A DNA stretch of 62,632 nt, counting the filler. It is 7 parts of 7 records of this genome, joined end to end, with 100 filler letters (N's around TTAATTAATTAA, not from the genome) between each part and the next. Parts side by side here need not be neighbours in the genome. Positions count along the whole stretch, not along the records: positions 6,780 to 11,919 come from SRR31156797_19187; positions 12,020 to 17,477 come from SRR31156797_19212; positions 17,578 to 23,354 come from SRR31156797_19216; 4 more parts are not named here. One strand, given 5' to 3'. The notes beneath the pieces are model-generated. The model did no database searches and was not told the DNA's origin. It was given only the letters and a program-made list of their open reading frames with translations. Each line of letters begins with the position of its first letter. Within the stretch, counting starts at the first letter, position 1. Both the position numbers and the translations under genes were made by a program. Of this stretch, positions 8,075 to 17,794 are shown one piece after another.

Positions 8075-11000
8075 CTAACAGGTCTGGTCCAGAAACTTAC
8101 TGTGCAGATGGCGGATGCGAAGAGTGAGAACCCTGCACACGTGAAGAGCAATTTGGGGGAATTCCCTTACGATTTCCTGGAGATCCTCTTTTTGCAGAGT
8201 GAGAAATCGGGCGGCGCTCTTTACCTGAATGGTTGCCGATCGACGGTCATCTCCGAAAAGAGCCATTTCTCCGAAGTAATCTCCGGTGCCGATACTGTCC
8301 AATTCAATCGAGTCCCGCCCCTCCCGGTCTTTGATCACGGCCACATCGCCCTCAACAATGAGAAAAAGGGTATTGCCACGTTCTCCTTCCAGAAACACGG
8401 TCTCCTTTTGGTCAAAGACGACCTCCTCGGTAACGGATGCGATGGCAGCCAGTTCGCTGATGGAGAGTCCGTCAAAGATTTCTGTATTTCTCAGGTATAA
8501 AATTTTATCCGTCAAAGCAATCGTCGTCTCTTTTTCCATCTCCATCTCCTGTATAGCCGGATTCTGATGCACCTGCTGCAAGGACTTTTTTGCCTCCGCA
8601 GAGACAAGGGGATTTGTATGTCTCACCAACGGACGGATTCGTCCTGTCAGCTTAGAACCGGCCATGATCTCCCGCATGAAGGAAGTTGTCAGTATCAGCG
8701 TAACCCAGTTTTTGCTTTCCAACAAACTGTCGATCAATTCATTTCGGGTACCGACAGACAATTTAGTCGGAAAAAGCAGTTTACCGGCCAAAATAACATC
8801 CGGGTCATCCAACCCTTCCAGTAGCGGCACAAGCAAACGAACAAGACGTCTATCCAAAAGGTCTTCCATTGCCTCCAGGCTATTGGCCCGTTTGCGTCCG
8901 TCTGATGAGAAAAGCCCCTTGATGACTTTGTTCATCCGGCCGGATTCATCCTGTGCGGCCAACACACGAAGCGTTGTCTGCAATGTAAACCAGACCCTCT
9001 CTTTCAGATGCACGGCGAGCAGGTGCTGAATGGCGCCACCGGAAAAGCGTCCCACACCACTGGCCTGAATGGTCAATTCGTAGCAGGACAAAGCCTGAAG
9101 TTGAACGAAACGGAATACGTCTCGCCCTTTTATAGACATATCCGACAACAGGTCGATAAGCGCCTCCCGCACCTTTTTTTGCGGCAAAGAAAGGGATTTG
9201 ACAAGCCGAAGGCTATTCTCATAGGGTGCGGTTCGGATCCTTTTCCGCGCAAGGCCGGCGACCTCATCGGAGGGATCACCAAGCATCAGGATCACTTTTT
9301 TCAAGGTCTTTTCATTATCGATGGATAAAAGATTCAGTGAGGCATATCGTATTTTGGAATCTTCATCATTCAAATGGGGAAGAACAAGAGCATTGAGATC
9401 TGTCGCCTGCATCGCATCAAGGCTGTTCAGCACCGGAAGCAGCATCTCTTTGTCGCCGGTGGTTAAAAACGGGGTCAACGCCGCAACGAACATTCGATCC
9501 CTGCTGACACCTGCAGCGATGATACCGGCTTTGCACACATCGGCGCGGGTGGACATCAGCCATTGTTTTATCAGGCTGCCGAATCGTTCAGGCTCTACAG
9601 GGTGTAAGGCTCCGGCAGCATGACCACGAATCGCGATAGACGAAGTTGATTCAACAATCGATCGATTCATTGAAGCAAAAAGTTCCGGCGATATACGATT
9701 CCCTGCATCGATCATGGCAACCGCCAACTCCGGTTCCACCTGTTTGATCGAATCACTGAACAGGTTGACCACTTCCGGCCCCGCTCGGTTCGACAACAGT
9801 TCAATCAAACCCTTCTTAACTTCTGTATCCTCTTCTTTTTCAATAGCGGTGGCCAAGTGCCGATCCAGCTCCGGGAAATCGACGGATTTTAGGAGCTTAC
9901 CGTACCACAATCGACTTTCACCCGATTTTTCCAAAAACTTGTCGAGTAAGATCTTTTGCACCTGTTTATCACGAATCACCTGGGTTAGTTCATCCGGATC
10001 CATGGAATGGAAACTCTTCGGCTTCTCGGCTATCAATTCCAAAAGGATACCGGCATAGCGGCGTTTTAGAATAAACGGTGTAATTGCCCACACAAGAACG
10101 AAGGGCAAGGCCACCAATGAAAGATACCGAGGGTGAAAAAAATTATCAGACAGCAAAATGAGCCCCGACCCCAGAAACAAGGCGGTACGGACAATTGTTC
10201 CCCGCAGAAACGGGCGGACCAAAGCCCGGTAACGTTCCGGGAAAAGTCCGGTTATCACTGCGGTCGCAGGAATATTGATGGTTGTACGAATGATATTGGA
10301 TGACATGCGGGCGTACATGGCAGACCATGCATCAAACCGAAATAGAAACGTCAGAAAAACAAGAATATAGTTGAACGGGTGAAACATCAACGCAATGGAC
10401 AAACCAAACCGGTCATACAGTTTACCCACGAAAAGCAGGATGATCAAACTTACAATATTGAGTACCCCACGAAAATAGCCGAAAAATTCGATCAATCCCG
10501 ATTCTGTGGCAAACTGGTCGTTGATAGCATAATTAAACTGGTAATTCATGATCGGTATCACCACATTGGGCATGAAGGAGAGAACGATCAGTATTTTAAA
10601 TAAAACAGAAGATTTGATCAGAGGAAGAACCGTCTTGAACTCCTCGATCATTGAGGTCCTTTGCCTTTCCTCGTGTTGTTTTTTCTCTTGGAACAGCAAG
10701 GTGGGGTAACGCCTCCCCATGGCCAGAACAGTCCAGGCACCGGCTAACGCGGTCCCCACATAAACCCACAAAAGATTATCCAATTGCAGGCGGGATGCGA
10801 TAAAGGGAGTCGCAAAACTGCCCAGGATCTGACCGACGACGCCCCCGGCGGTAATCAGCGGAAAAAGTCGCTTGGACTGTCGGGTGTTAAACAGATCGTT
10901 GGCCAAATTCCAAAACAACAGGGCCAGTAACACTTCATATTGGGACTTGAGCATGAACAGAACAGGGTAAATCAGGTCTATGCCAAAAGGAATGAGAACC

Positions 11001-11302
11001 CTTATCATGGCCACAGAGACGCCACAAAAAACAAACAACCGCGAAAGCAGCCTTGCCCCCGGCAATCGGATCATAACCCCGGCCAACGCACCCATTACGA
11101 AAAAAGTTACGACCGCATTAACCATGTTAACGACCGGCATGTACTCAACACCGTATCGTTTCAAAAAAGCGGTTTCCGCGTAATTGTTCAGCAGGATACC
11201 GGCACTGCGTACGAGAAACAGCAGTGCAACCGTCCACAGGAAAAGACCAACCTCTTCTTCGTGGACGTTAAACCAACGATAGATTTTCTTCTTGATGGCC
11301 AA
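8075..11302 (-). CDS. NTT/MFS-like transporter domain fused to HEAT repeats and a cyclic-nucleotide-binding domain
   Basis: Multi-TM N-terminus with FWNLANDLFNTRQSKRLFPLI, helical repeats, C-terminal GDYFGEMAL...RSAT cNMP motif. Confidence 0.85.
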   Translation of the reverse strand: MAIKKKIYRWFNVHEEEVGLFLWTVALLFLVRSAGILLNNYAETAFLKRYGVEYMPVVNMVNAVVTFFVMGALAGVMIRLPGARLLSRLFVFCGVSVAMIRVLIPFGIDLIYPVLFMLKSQYEVLLALLFWNLANDLFNTRQSKRLFPLITAGGVVGQILGSFATPFIASRLQLDNLLWVYVGTALAGAWTVLAMGRRYPTLLFQEKKQHEERQRTSMIEEFKTVLPLIKSSVLFKILIVLSFMPNVVIPIMNYQFNYAINDQFATESGLIEFFGYFRGVLNIVSLIILLFVGKLYDRFGLSIALMFHPFNYILVFLTFLFRFDAWSAMYARMSSNIIRTTINIPATAVITGLFPERYRALVRPFLRGTIVRTALFLGSGLILLSDNFFHPRYLSLVALPFVLVWAITPFILKRRYAGILLELIAEKPKSFHSMDPDELTQVIRDKQVQKILLDKFLEKSGESRLWYGKLLKSVDFPELDRHLATAIEKEEDTEVKKGLIELLSNRAGPEVVNLFSDSIKQVEPELAVAMIDAGNRISPELFASMNRSIVESTSSIAIRGHAAGALHPVEPERFGSLIKQWLMSTRADVCKAGIIAAGVSRDRMFVAALTPFLTTGDKEMLLPVLNSLDAMQATDLNALVLPHLNDEDSKIRYASLNLLSIDNEKTLKKVILMLGDPSDEVAGLARKRIRTAPYENSLRLVKSLSLPQKKVREALIDLLSDMSIKGRDVFRFVQLQALSCYELTIQASGVGRFSGGAIQHLLAVHLKERVWFTLQTTLRVLAAQDESGRMNKVIKGLFSSDGRKRANSLEAMEDLLDRRLVRLLVPLLEGLDDPDVILAGKLLFPTKLSVGTRNELIDSLLESKNWVTLILTTSFMREIMAGSKLTGRIRPLVRHTNPLVSAEAKKSLQQVHQNPAIQEMEMEKETTIALTDKILYLRNTEIFDGLSISELAAIASVTEEVVFDQKETVFLEGERGNTLFLIVEGDVAVIKDREGRDSIELDSIGTGDYFGEMALFGDDRRSATIQVKSAARFLTLQKEDLQEIVREFPQIALHVCRVLTLRIRHLHSKFLDQTC

Positions 11303-11309
11303 AACGAGT

Positions 11310-11919
11310 TTATTTTACCTCTACAATCAATCGAAAGCCTGTATTTTGCAGCCGGCTCATGGGGTGTCCATAGGCACGGTTCGCACTCCTTAGGGCATGG
11401 TCCGGGCCGAACCAGCTGCCTCCGCGCCGCACCCGATTTGCACCGTTTCGATAGTTGGCAGGGTCTTTCACGGCAGTGGGATCGTATGGGCAGTAGATAT
11501 CCCGACACCACTCCCAAACATTTCCATGCATATCGTATAGTCCCCATGCATTGGGCTTATAGGTTTTTACCGGGGCGGGTTGCCCGGCAGCAAGCCCGAA
11601 TGAGCGGTTCGTCAATACGCAGGTATCGTATTTTTTCGGATTGTTTGCATAAAGGGCATGGGAGCAGTCAATATCGTCACCCCAAAAATAAGCAGAAACA
11701 CCACCTGCGCGGGCAGCATATTCCCATTGTGCCTCTGTCGGCAATCGATACTGATCCCCTGTTCGCAAATTCAACTTTTTTATAAATTCCTGGCAGTCAT
11801 GCCAGGATACCTTCACCACAGGCATATCGCCTGTCCCCTTTTTCCTCGCGAAGAAACGCTTGCCCATAACGGATCGCCACTGGCGGACGGTTACCTCCGT
11901 TGACTGAAGGTAGTAGGGC
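11310..11919 (-). CDS. Formylglycine-generating enzyme (SUMF1/FGE-sulfatase) family protein, 5'-truncated
   Basis: RLPTEAQWEYAAR, PNAWGLYDMHGNVWEW, RGGSW, GFRL; open upstream (PYYLQSTEVT) to the edge. Confidence 0.9.
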
Positions 11920-12286
11920 NNNNNNNNNNNNNNNNNNNNNNNNNNNNNNNNNNNNNNNNNNNNTTAATTAATTAANNNNNNNNNNNNNNNNNNNNNNNNN
12001 NNNNNNNNNNNNNNNNNNNAACGACCGCATAAAAACGGTCGTTTTATATATTTTTCGATTAAATAAAAATTAAGTGCTATAAATATAATTTAGTTCTTAG
12101 AAAACATTGTAAGTTACAATGAAAATCTAAAATAATCTCATAACGTCCATCTTGTCAATAGGGTATTATAAATAATTAAACTATAGTATGACCTCTTACA
12201 TTTTATATTAATAATCAATTTATTTAAAACTTCGTTTAATCGCCCTTATACGAAATTTTATTCTTATACAACTTTAAAAAAATTAG

Positions 12287-12397
12287 AATAAAGTAGAGCA
12301 GGATTATCACTTCATTAAGAAAAAGGTAAAAATGTGTCTTGGATTTAAAAGCTTTGAAAGTGCTAAAGTTACAATTGAAGAAATAGAAACATTTTGA
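12287..12397 (+). pseudogene. IS6-family transposase remnant (C-terminal part)
   Basis: Manual translation NKVEQDYHFIKKKVKMCLGFKSFESAKVTIEEIE matches the IS6 pattern NNxxEQDHRxIK...LGFKSF..A. Confidence 0.75.
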
Positions 12398-12430
12398 CTA
12401 TTATGCAAAGCTCTTAAATAAGATGAGAAA

Positions 12431-12463
12431 AGGCCAGACTGGAACTGCATTCCACTCTGGCCT
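12431..12463 (-). terminator. Intrinsic terminator after trkH
   Basis: AGGCCAGACTGGAA...TTCCACTCTGGCCT hairpin, 13 nt past the stop. Confidence 0.6.
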
Positions 12464-12476
12464 AAATCAGTTTAAT

Positions 12477-13934
12477 TTATTTATCTCTTACTACAAGAGC
12501 ATACATTAATATAAGTACGCTATAAATCTCTAATCTTCCAAGCAACATTGCAAATATTAAAACTACTTTACTTACAGGATCAAAGAATGCAAAGTTTTCA
12601 ACTGCTCCAACTTTTGCTAGACCAGGACCAATATTTCCAAGTGTAGCAATTGATGCAGAAAAACTAGTTACAATATCATAACCCATAAATCCTAAAAATA
12701 GAGTAATACCAGTAAATAGCATTATAAATAGTATGAAAAAAGCCAAAACGTTATGTATTACATTATCTTGAACTTTTTCGTCTCCAACTTTTAATGTGAA
12801 AACTGCTCTTGGATGAGCAAGTTTTTTAATCTCATTGTACATCTGCTTTAATAGTATCATAACTCTAATTTGCTTCATTCCTCCGCCTGTTGATCCAGCT
12901 GAACCACCAAAGAACATTAGGATAACTAATAATAGAGCGGAAAAAGATGGCCAAAGATTAAAATCAGCTGTTGCAAATCCTGTCGTAGTTATTATTGATA
13001 TTACTTGGAATGCAGAATCTCTTAAAGACCTTCCAAAATCTCCACTATACTGAGGCAAGTCAGATCTATATATATTTATAGCAATTACCAATATTGAAGT
13101 TAGAATAACTCCTGTATAAAATCTCCACTCTCTATCCCTAAAGAAATCTTTAAATTTACCTTTAATCAAGAAAAAATGGAGTGAAAAGTTTATACCAGCG
13201 AGGTACATAAAGATTATAATAATTATTTCAACGTAGAGATTGTCAAATCCTGCAACTGATGCATTAAGGGTTGAAAAACCACCTGTCGCCAATGTCCCAA
13301 ATGTATGAGTAAGGGCTGTGTATAGATCTAGACCTCCAAACATTAGTAAAATTGTCTGAATGACTGTCATACCTGCATACATTAACCAAAGTATTTTTGC
13401 CGTATCTTTTATCTTTGGACTTATTCTATCCTTTGTTGGACCGGGAACTTCTGCATTATATAGTTGACCTGGAGAGATTCCAAATATAGGAAGCACTGCA
13501 ATTGTTAAAAGGACAATCCCCATTCCACCTAACCAGTGAGTCTCACTTCTCCAAAATAATAAACCTTTAGGTATACTTTCTATCTCAGTTAGTATTGTTG
13601 ATCCTGTTGTGGTAAATCCTGACATTGCTTCAAATACACAGTTTATATAAGATCCAAAAGATCCATGTAGATAAAAGGGTAGTGCTCCAAATAGAGAAGC
13701 AATTATCCAACCCAAAGTTACGGTTACAAATCCTTCTTTTGATTTTATCTTTCCTGTAGATTTAAAGAATAGTGAACAAAATACACCAAATGCTAAAGTT
13801 ATCAGTAATGATAGAGCTAATGCATTTATATCACTGCCTCCGTATCTAATTGCAAATAGCAGAGGAAAAACCATCATAAAAGCTAGAACAATTAGTAAGA
13901 AGCCTTGTATTTTAAATATAACTTTCCAATTCAT
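12477..13934 (-). CDS. trkH: Trk potassium uptake membrane protein
   Basis: FEAMSGFTTTG, WLGGMGI, TTTGF, GSTGGGMK and LGNIGPG pore motifs. Confidence 0.95.
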   Translation of the reverse strand: MNWKVIFKIQGFLLIVLAFMMVFPLLFAIRYGGSDINALALSLLITLAFGVFCSLFFKSTGKIKSKEGFVTVTLGWIIASLFGALPFYLHGSFGSYINCVFEAMSGFTTTGSTILTEIESIPKGLLFWRSETHWLGGMGIVLLTIAVLPIFGISPGQLYNAEVPGPTKDRISPKIKDTAKILWLMYAGMTVIQTILLMFGGLDLYTALTHTFGTLATGGFSTLNASVAGFDNLYVEIIIIIFMYLAGINFSLHFFLIKGKFKDFFRDREWRFYTGVILTSILVIAINIYRSDLPQYSGDFGRSLRDSAFQVISIITTTGFATADFNLWPSFSALLLVILMFFGGSAGSTGGGMKQIRVMILLKQMYNEIKKLAHPRAVFTLKVGDEKVQDNVIHNVLAFFILFIMLFTGITLFLGFMGYDIVTSFSASIATLGNIGPGLAKVGAVENFAFFDPVSKVVLIFAMLLGRLEIYSVLILMYALVVRDK

Positions 13935-13939
13935 ATCAG

Positions 13940-15316
13940 CTAAAACCTCCTGATATTTTTTGAGAAGATTTTTTCTACTTCATATATATTACTTTGTAAT
14001 AAAAAGACAATTACATTGTCATCTTTTTTTATTTCGTCATCACCAGTTGGAATAATAACTTTGTTGTCTCGAATAATTACACCAATAATAGTATGTTCAG
14101 GAAGTTTTATCTTTTTAAGTGGTTTATTAAGGATTTCAATATCTTCTGTAACACTTAATCCAATAATTTCTGAGTCAATATCAATTATAGATGTAATGGC
14201 AAAGATATTGGTTTTTCTTGTATGTTTTAATATTTCTCCAACACTTAGGATATGAGGGGAGAACACTGCGTCAATTGTACCAACACTATTAACAATATTT
14301 ACTAATGATCCATTTTTTATCATACAGATTGTTTTAGATGCACCTTGCTGTTTAGCTGTAAACGAAGAAAGAATATTATACTCATCATCTTCACTAACAG
14401 AAACAACACAAGAACCTTTTACATCAATTTCATCTAAAAGAGTAATGTCTGTAGCAGAACCTTGAAAAACCATCGTTTTATCGACATTTTCAGATATACG
14501 TTCAGCGGTCTTTGGATCGTTTTCTATAAAAGTAATCTTTTTTCCTTTTGCTTGCAATTCTTTAGCTAAATCCATTGCAAGTTTTGTTCCACCAACAATA
14601 ATAACTCTTTCAAAATCTTTCTTTTCTGTAAGGCTAAAGTGTGTTTTAATTAGATCTTTTACGTTCTCTTTTTTACCCACGATAAAAGCTTTATCTCTAG
14701 GTTCTATTGTATCATCACCTTTAGGAATTATTAATTTACCTTGTCTCTGAATAGCAACTATTCGAATAGTAGAAAACCTATCATCCAGTTGGTTAATATC
14801 CTGTAGAGTTTTGTGACGATATTTAAAGTCATCTTTAACTTTGATACCTATAAGGTGAACTCTATCTTCAGAGTATTTTGAAATCTCAAATACCTCCGGA
14901 TATTTAATTAACTCTACAACTTTATTAATTGATAACTCTTCTGGAGTAATCATTGTATTGATCCCAAAATCCTGATATGTAAGTTTTTCATCTGAAAAAT
15001 ATTTCAGATGTTTGTCAATTTTAGCAATTGTTACTAAATCTTTGTTTCCTAATTTTTTTGCCATTTGACATGTCATCATATTGACCATATCATTATTTGT
15101 TACACTAATAAATAATGAAGCTTTTTCTATTCCTGATTCTTTTAAATTATCAATACCAACTGCGTCACCAGTTATTATCATAGCATCTAAAGTGGATTTT
15201 AGATTTCTTATTTCAACTTCATTTTTTTCTATAATTGTAACATCATGGCCTTCAAAGATAAGCTTTTGAGATATTTTACGACCGACATCTCCTCCACCGA
15301 CTATTACTATATTCAT
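13940..15316 (-). CDS. trkA: Trk potassium uptake NAD-binding subunit
   Basis: Duplicated RCK_N/RCK_C, IVGGGDVG; 458 aa; upstream of trkH. Confidence 0.95.
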   Translation of the reverse strand: MNIVIVGGGDVGRKISQKLIFEGHDVTIIEKNEVEIRNLKSTLDAMIITGDAVGIDNLKESGIEKASLFISVTNNDMVNMMTCQMAKKLGNKDLVTIAKIDKHLKYFSDEKLTYQDFGINTMITPEELSINKVVELIKYPEVFEISKYSEDRVHLIGIKVKDDFKYRHKTLQDINQLDDRFSTIRIVAIQRQGKLIIPKGDDTIEPRDKAFIVGKKENVKDLIKTHFSLTEKKDFERVIIVGGTKLAMDLAKELQAKGKKITFIENDPKTAERISENVDKTMVFQGSATDITLLDEIDVKGSCVVSVSEDDEYNILSSFTAKQQGASKTICMIKNGSLVNIVNSVGTIDAVFSPHILSVGEILKHTRKTNIFAITSIIDIDSEIIGLSVTEDIEILNKPLKKIKLPEHTIIGVIIRDNKVIIPTGDDEIKKDDNVIVFLLQSNIYEVEKIFSKNIRRF

Positions 15317-15503
15317 TTTAGTTCTCCTTCATCAAAATTTAGTATTATAATTAACTCAAATTTTCATTATAGGATCAGATAATAGTGCGGGTGTTGATAT
15401 CTGACTCTTTAAATCACAACCTTCTTTTTTCATTCACATACGTTATTAGAAATAAGTTAATCAATCATTATAGCACTAAATGCATCCGCCTCCTACTACT
15501 TTA

Positions 15504-15672
15504 GTGGATTCAAATGGAAATACTATTGATTTCATGCTTAGTAAGAGAAAAAATAAAAAATCAGCGATTAAATTTTTTTTAAAATTTATATAGAAATAAA
15601 GCTGATCAAGTTTCTAGAGTTATAACAACAGATAAGTATTGCGTATATTCAATCGCTTTAAAATCAGTTAAA
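15504..15672 (+). pseudogene. IS6-family transposase remnant (DDE core, frameshifted)
   Basis: VDSNGNTIDFMLSKRKNKKSAIKFF, then in another frame RVITTDKY..YSIALK, the typical IS6 core. Confidence 0.8.
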
Positions 15673-15913
15673 ACTTTCAAACGGTCTGAGAATCGGCATA
15701 TTTTTATATTCATAAAAAACTATAATCTGAATCAAATTCAAACAAAAAAACCCGAATAAATATTTTTTGTACCTGTTTTACTTTATTTTTACACCTCGAT
15801 TATAGAATTAAAATGTAAAGTGAAATGGCTTGTTGAGAAAGTATAAAAAGCAAGTTAAATTCAAAAGATTTTAAAAACGAAAAGAATCGTTAATTTAACA
15901 ACTTTGGAGGTAA

Positions 15914-17425
15914 GTGATGAGTGAAGCAATATTGGAACTGCAAAATATTAAGAAGCTCTACCCTGGTGTAGTTGCTCTAAATGATGTATCCCTCTCATTT
16001 AAAAAAGGTGAAGTGCATGCTATATGTGGAGAGAACGGAGCTGGAAAGTCTACGTTTATCAAAATAATAACTGGCTGTATAGAACCAACTGAGGGAAAGG
16101 TAATATTTGAAGGACAGGAGATATTAAACAACAGTCCAACAAAATCACTTGATTTAGGAATAGCTTGTATCTATCAAGAGTTTAACTTAGTTCCTTATCT
16201 AAGTGTAGCGGAAAATATATTCTATGGCAGATATCCAAAGAAGGGTATGTTTGTTGATTTTAACAAGATGGAAAAAGATACAGAGAACGTTACTGAATCA
16301 TTAGGGATATCACTAGATCCAAAAGAGTTAGTTAAAAATCTAACTGTAGGATATCAGCAAATAGTAGAGATAGCGAAGTCAATCTCAAGAGAAGTAAAAG
16401 TTCTGTTGATGGATGAACCCTCTGCTCCTCTTACAAATAATGAGTTAGTTTATCTGTTTAAGATAGTGGAAAAGCTAAAAGAAGAGGGAGTGACTATTAT
16501 CTATATCTCACATAGAATGGAAGAGATATTTGAGATTTGCGATAGAGTTTCGGTTTTTAGAGATGGAGAATATATTGATACAAAAAATATTGCAGACACT
16601 GATGAGAAAGAGCTAATCTGTATGATGGTTGGTAGAGATATATGCCATCTGGATTTCCCTAGCGGGAAATATAGCAAAGGTAAAAAAGTTCTTGAAGCAA
16701 AAAGTTTAATTAATGATTACCTGAAAGATGTATCGTTTGAGGCTTATGAGGGTGAGATACTTGGTTTTGCCGGACTTGTAGGAGCCGGTAGAACAGAGGT
16801 TGCTAGAGCGGTATTTGGAGCAGATGCTTTGGAAAATGGTGATATCTATATCGATGGCCAGAAAGAGTTATTAACATCACCGAAGATAGCGATTTTAAAC
16901 GGTGTCGGGCTTATTCCTGAGGATAGAAAAAGACACGGAGCACTACTTCATATGAGTGTGCTTGATAATATAACTTATGGTTCACTTGCTAAATTCTCCA
17001 ATAAATTCGGAATTATTGATAGAAAAAAAGAAGAGGAAGAAGCGGCAAAACTTAAAAACGCTATGAGAATCAAAACACCAAATCTTTTACAAAAGACGAA
17101 AAACTTAAGTGGTGGAAACCAACAAAAAGTAGTTCTTGGTAAATGGATGCTTACTGATAGTAAAGTGTTGATTTTCGACGAACCAACTAGAGGAATAGAT
17201 GTAGGTGCCAAGCAGGAAATTTATCATTTAATGAATGAACTAGTTGAGCAAGGTAAAGTAGTTATTATGATCTCATCAGAGATGCCAGAACTACTAGGTA
17301 TGAGTGACAGAATTATAGTAATGAATGAAGGTAAAGTTGAGGGTGAAATCTCAAATAAACAGATAAAAGAGGATAAACAAATACAGGAAAAAGTACTAGC
17401 TATGGCATCAGGTCAGGCGATATAA
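15914..17425 (+). CDS. Sugar ABC transporter ATP-binding protein (RbsA/MglA-like)
   Basis: GENGAGKST, DEPS, LSGGNQQK, DEPTRGIDVGAK; two ABC domains. Confidence 0.95.
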   Translation: MMSEAILELQNIKKLYPGVVALNDVSLSFKKGEVHAICGENGAGKSTFIKIITGCIEPTEGKVIFEGQEILNNSPTKSLDLGIACIYQEFNLVPYLSVAENIFYGRYPKKGMFVDFNKMEKDTENVTESLGISLDPKELVKNLTVGYQQIVEIAKSISREVKVLLMDEPSAPLTNNELVYLFKIVEKLKEEGVTIIYISHRMEEIFEICDRVSVFRDGEYIDTKNIADTDEKELICMMVGRDICHLDFPSGKYSKGKKVLEAKSLINDYLKDVSFEAYEGEILGFAGLVGAGRTEVARAVFGADALENGDIYIDGQKELLTSPKIAILNGVGLIPEDRKRHGALLHMSVLDNITYGSLAKFSNKFGIIDRKKEEEEAAKLKNAMRIKTPNLLQKTKNLSGGNQQKVVLGKWMLTDSKVLIFDEPTRGIDVGAKQEIYHLMNELVEQGKVVIMISSEMPELLGMSDRIIVMNEGKVEGEISNKQIKEDKQIQEKVLAMASGQAI

Positions 17426-17432
17426 AGACAGA

Positions 17433-17476
17433 CCTCATCCGCCCTAGCGGGCACCTTCTCCTAACTTAGGAGAAGG
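17433..17476. repeat. REP-like double-hairpin element
   Basis: GCCC-TAGC-GGGC and CCTTCTCCTAA-C-TTAGGAGAAGG hairpins, GC-rich in an AT-rich segment, at the contig end. Confidence 0.55.
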
Positions 17477-17577
17477 ANNNNNNNNNNNNNNNNNNNNNNN
17501 NNNNNNNNNNNNNNNNNNNNNTTAATTAATTAANNNNNNNNNNNNNNNNNNNNNNNNNNNNNNNNNNNNNNNNNNNN

Positions 17578-17791
17578 AAGAACAAAAGATGAAATTGGTG
17601 TTATGAGCCTAAGAGGTGGAGACATCGTTGGTCGCCATACTGCTGGATTTTATAATGATGGTGAATATATTGAATTGAACCATACTGCAACTTCAAGAAA
17701 CACTTTTAGTAAAGGTGCCATAAAAGTTGCAAAATGGATCGTAAATCAAGAAGTTGGTTTATATTCCATTAATGACTGTTTAGGACTATAA
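17578..17791 (+). CDS. dapB: 4-hydroxy-tetrahydrodipicolinate reductase, C-terminal fragment
   Basis: [12 protein letters not shown]...[13 protein letters not shown]. Confidence 0.9.
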
Positions 17792-17794
17792 AAA

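Noticed and set aside
10940-11785. 281-aa plus-strand ORF
   Set aside because: Antisense overlap of two recognised genes; no recognisable domain.
15317-15500. Possible c-di-AMP (ydaO) riboswitch upstream of trkA
   Set aside because: No conserved ydaO sequence blocks seen.
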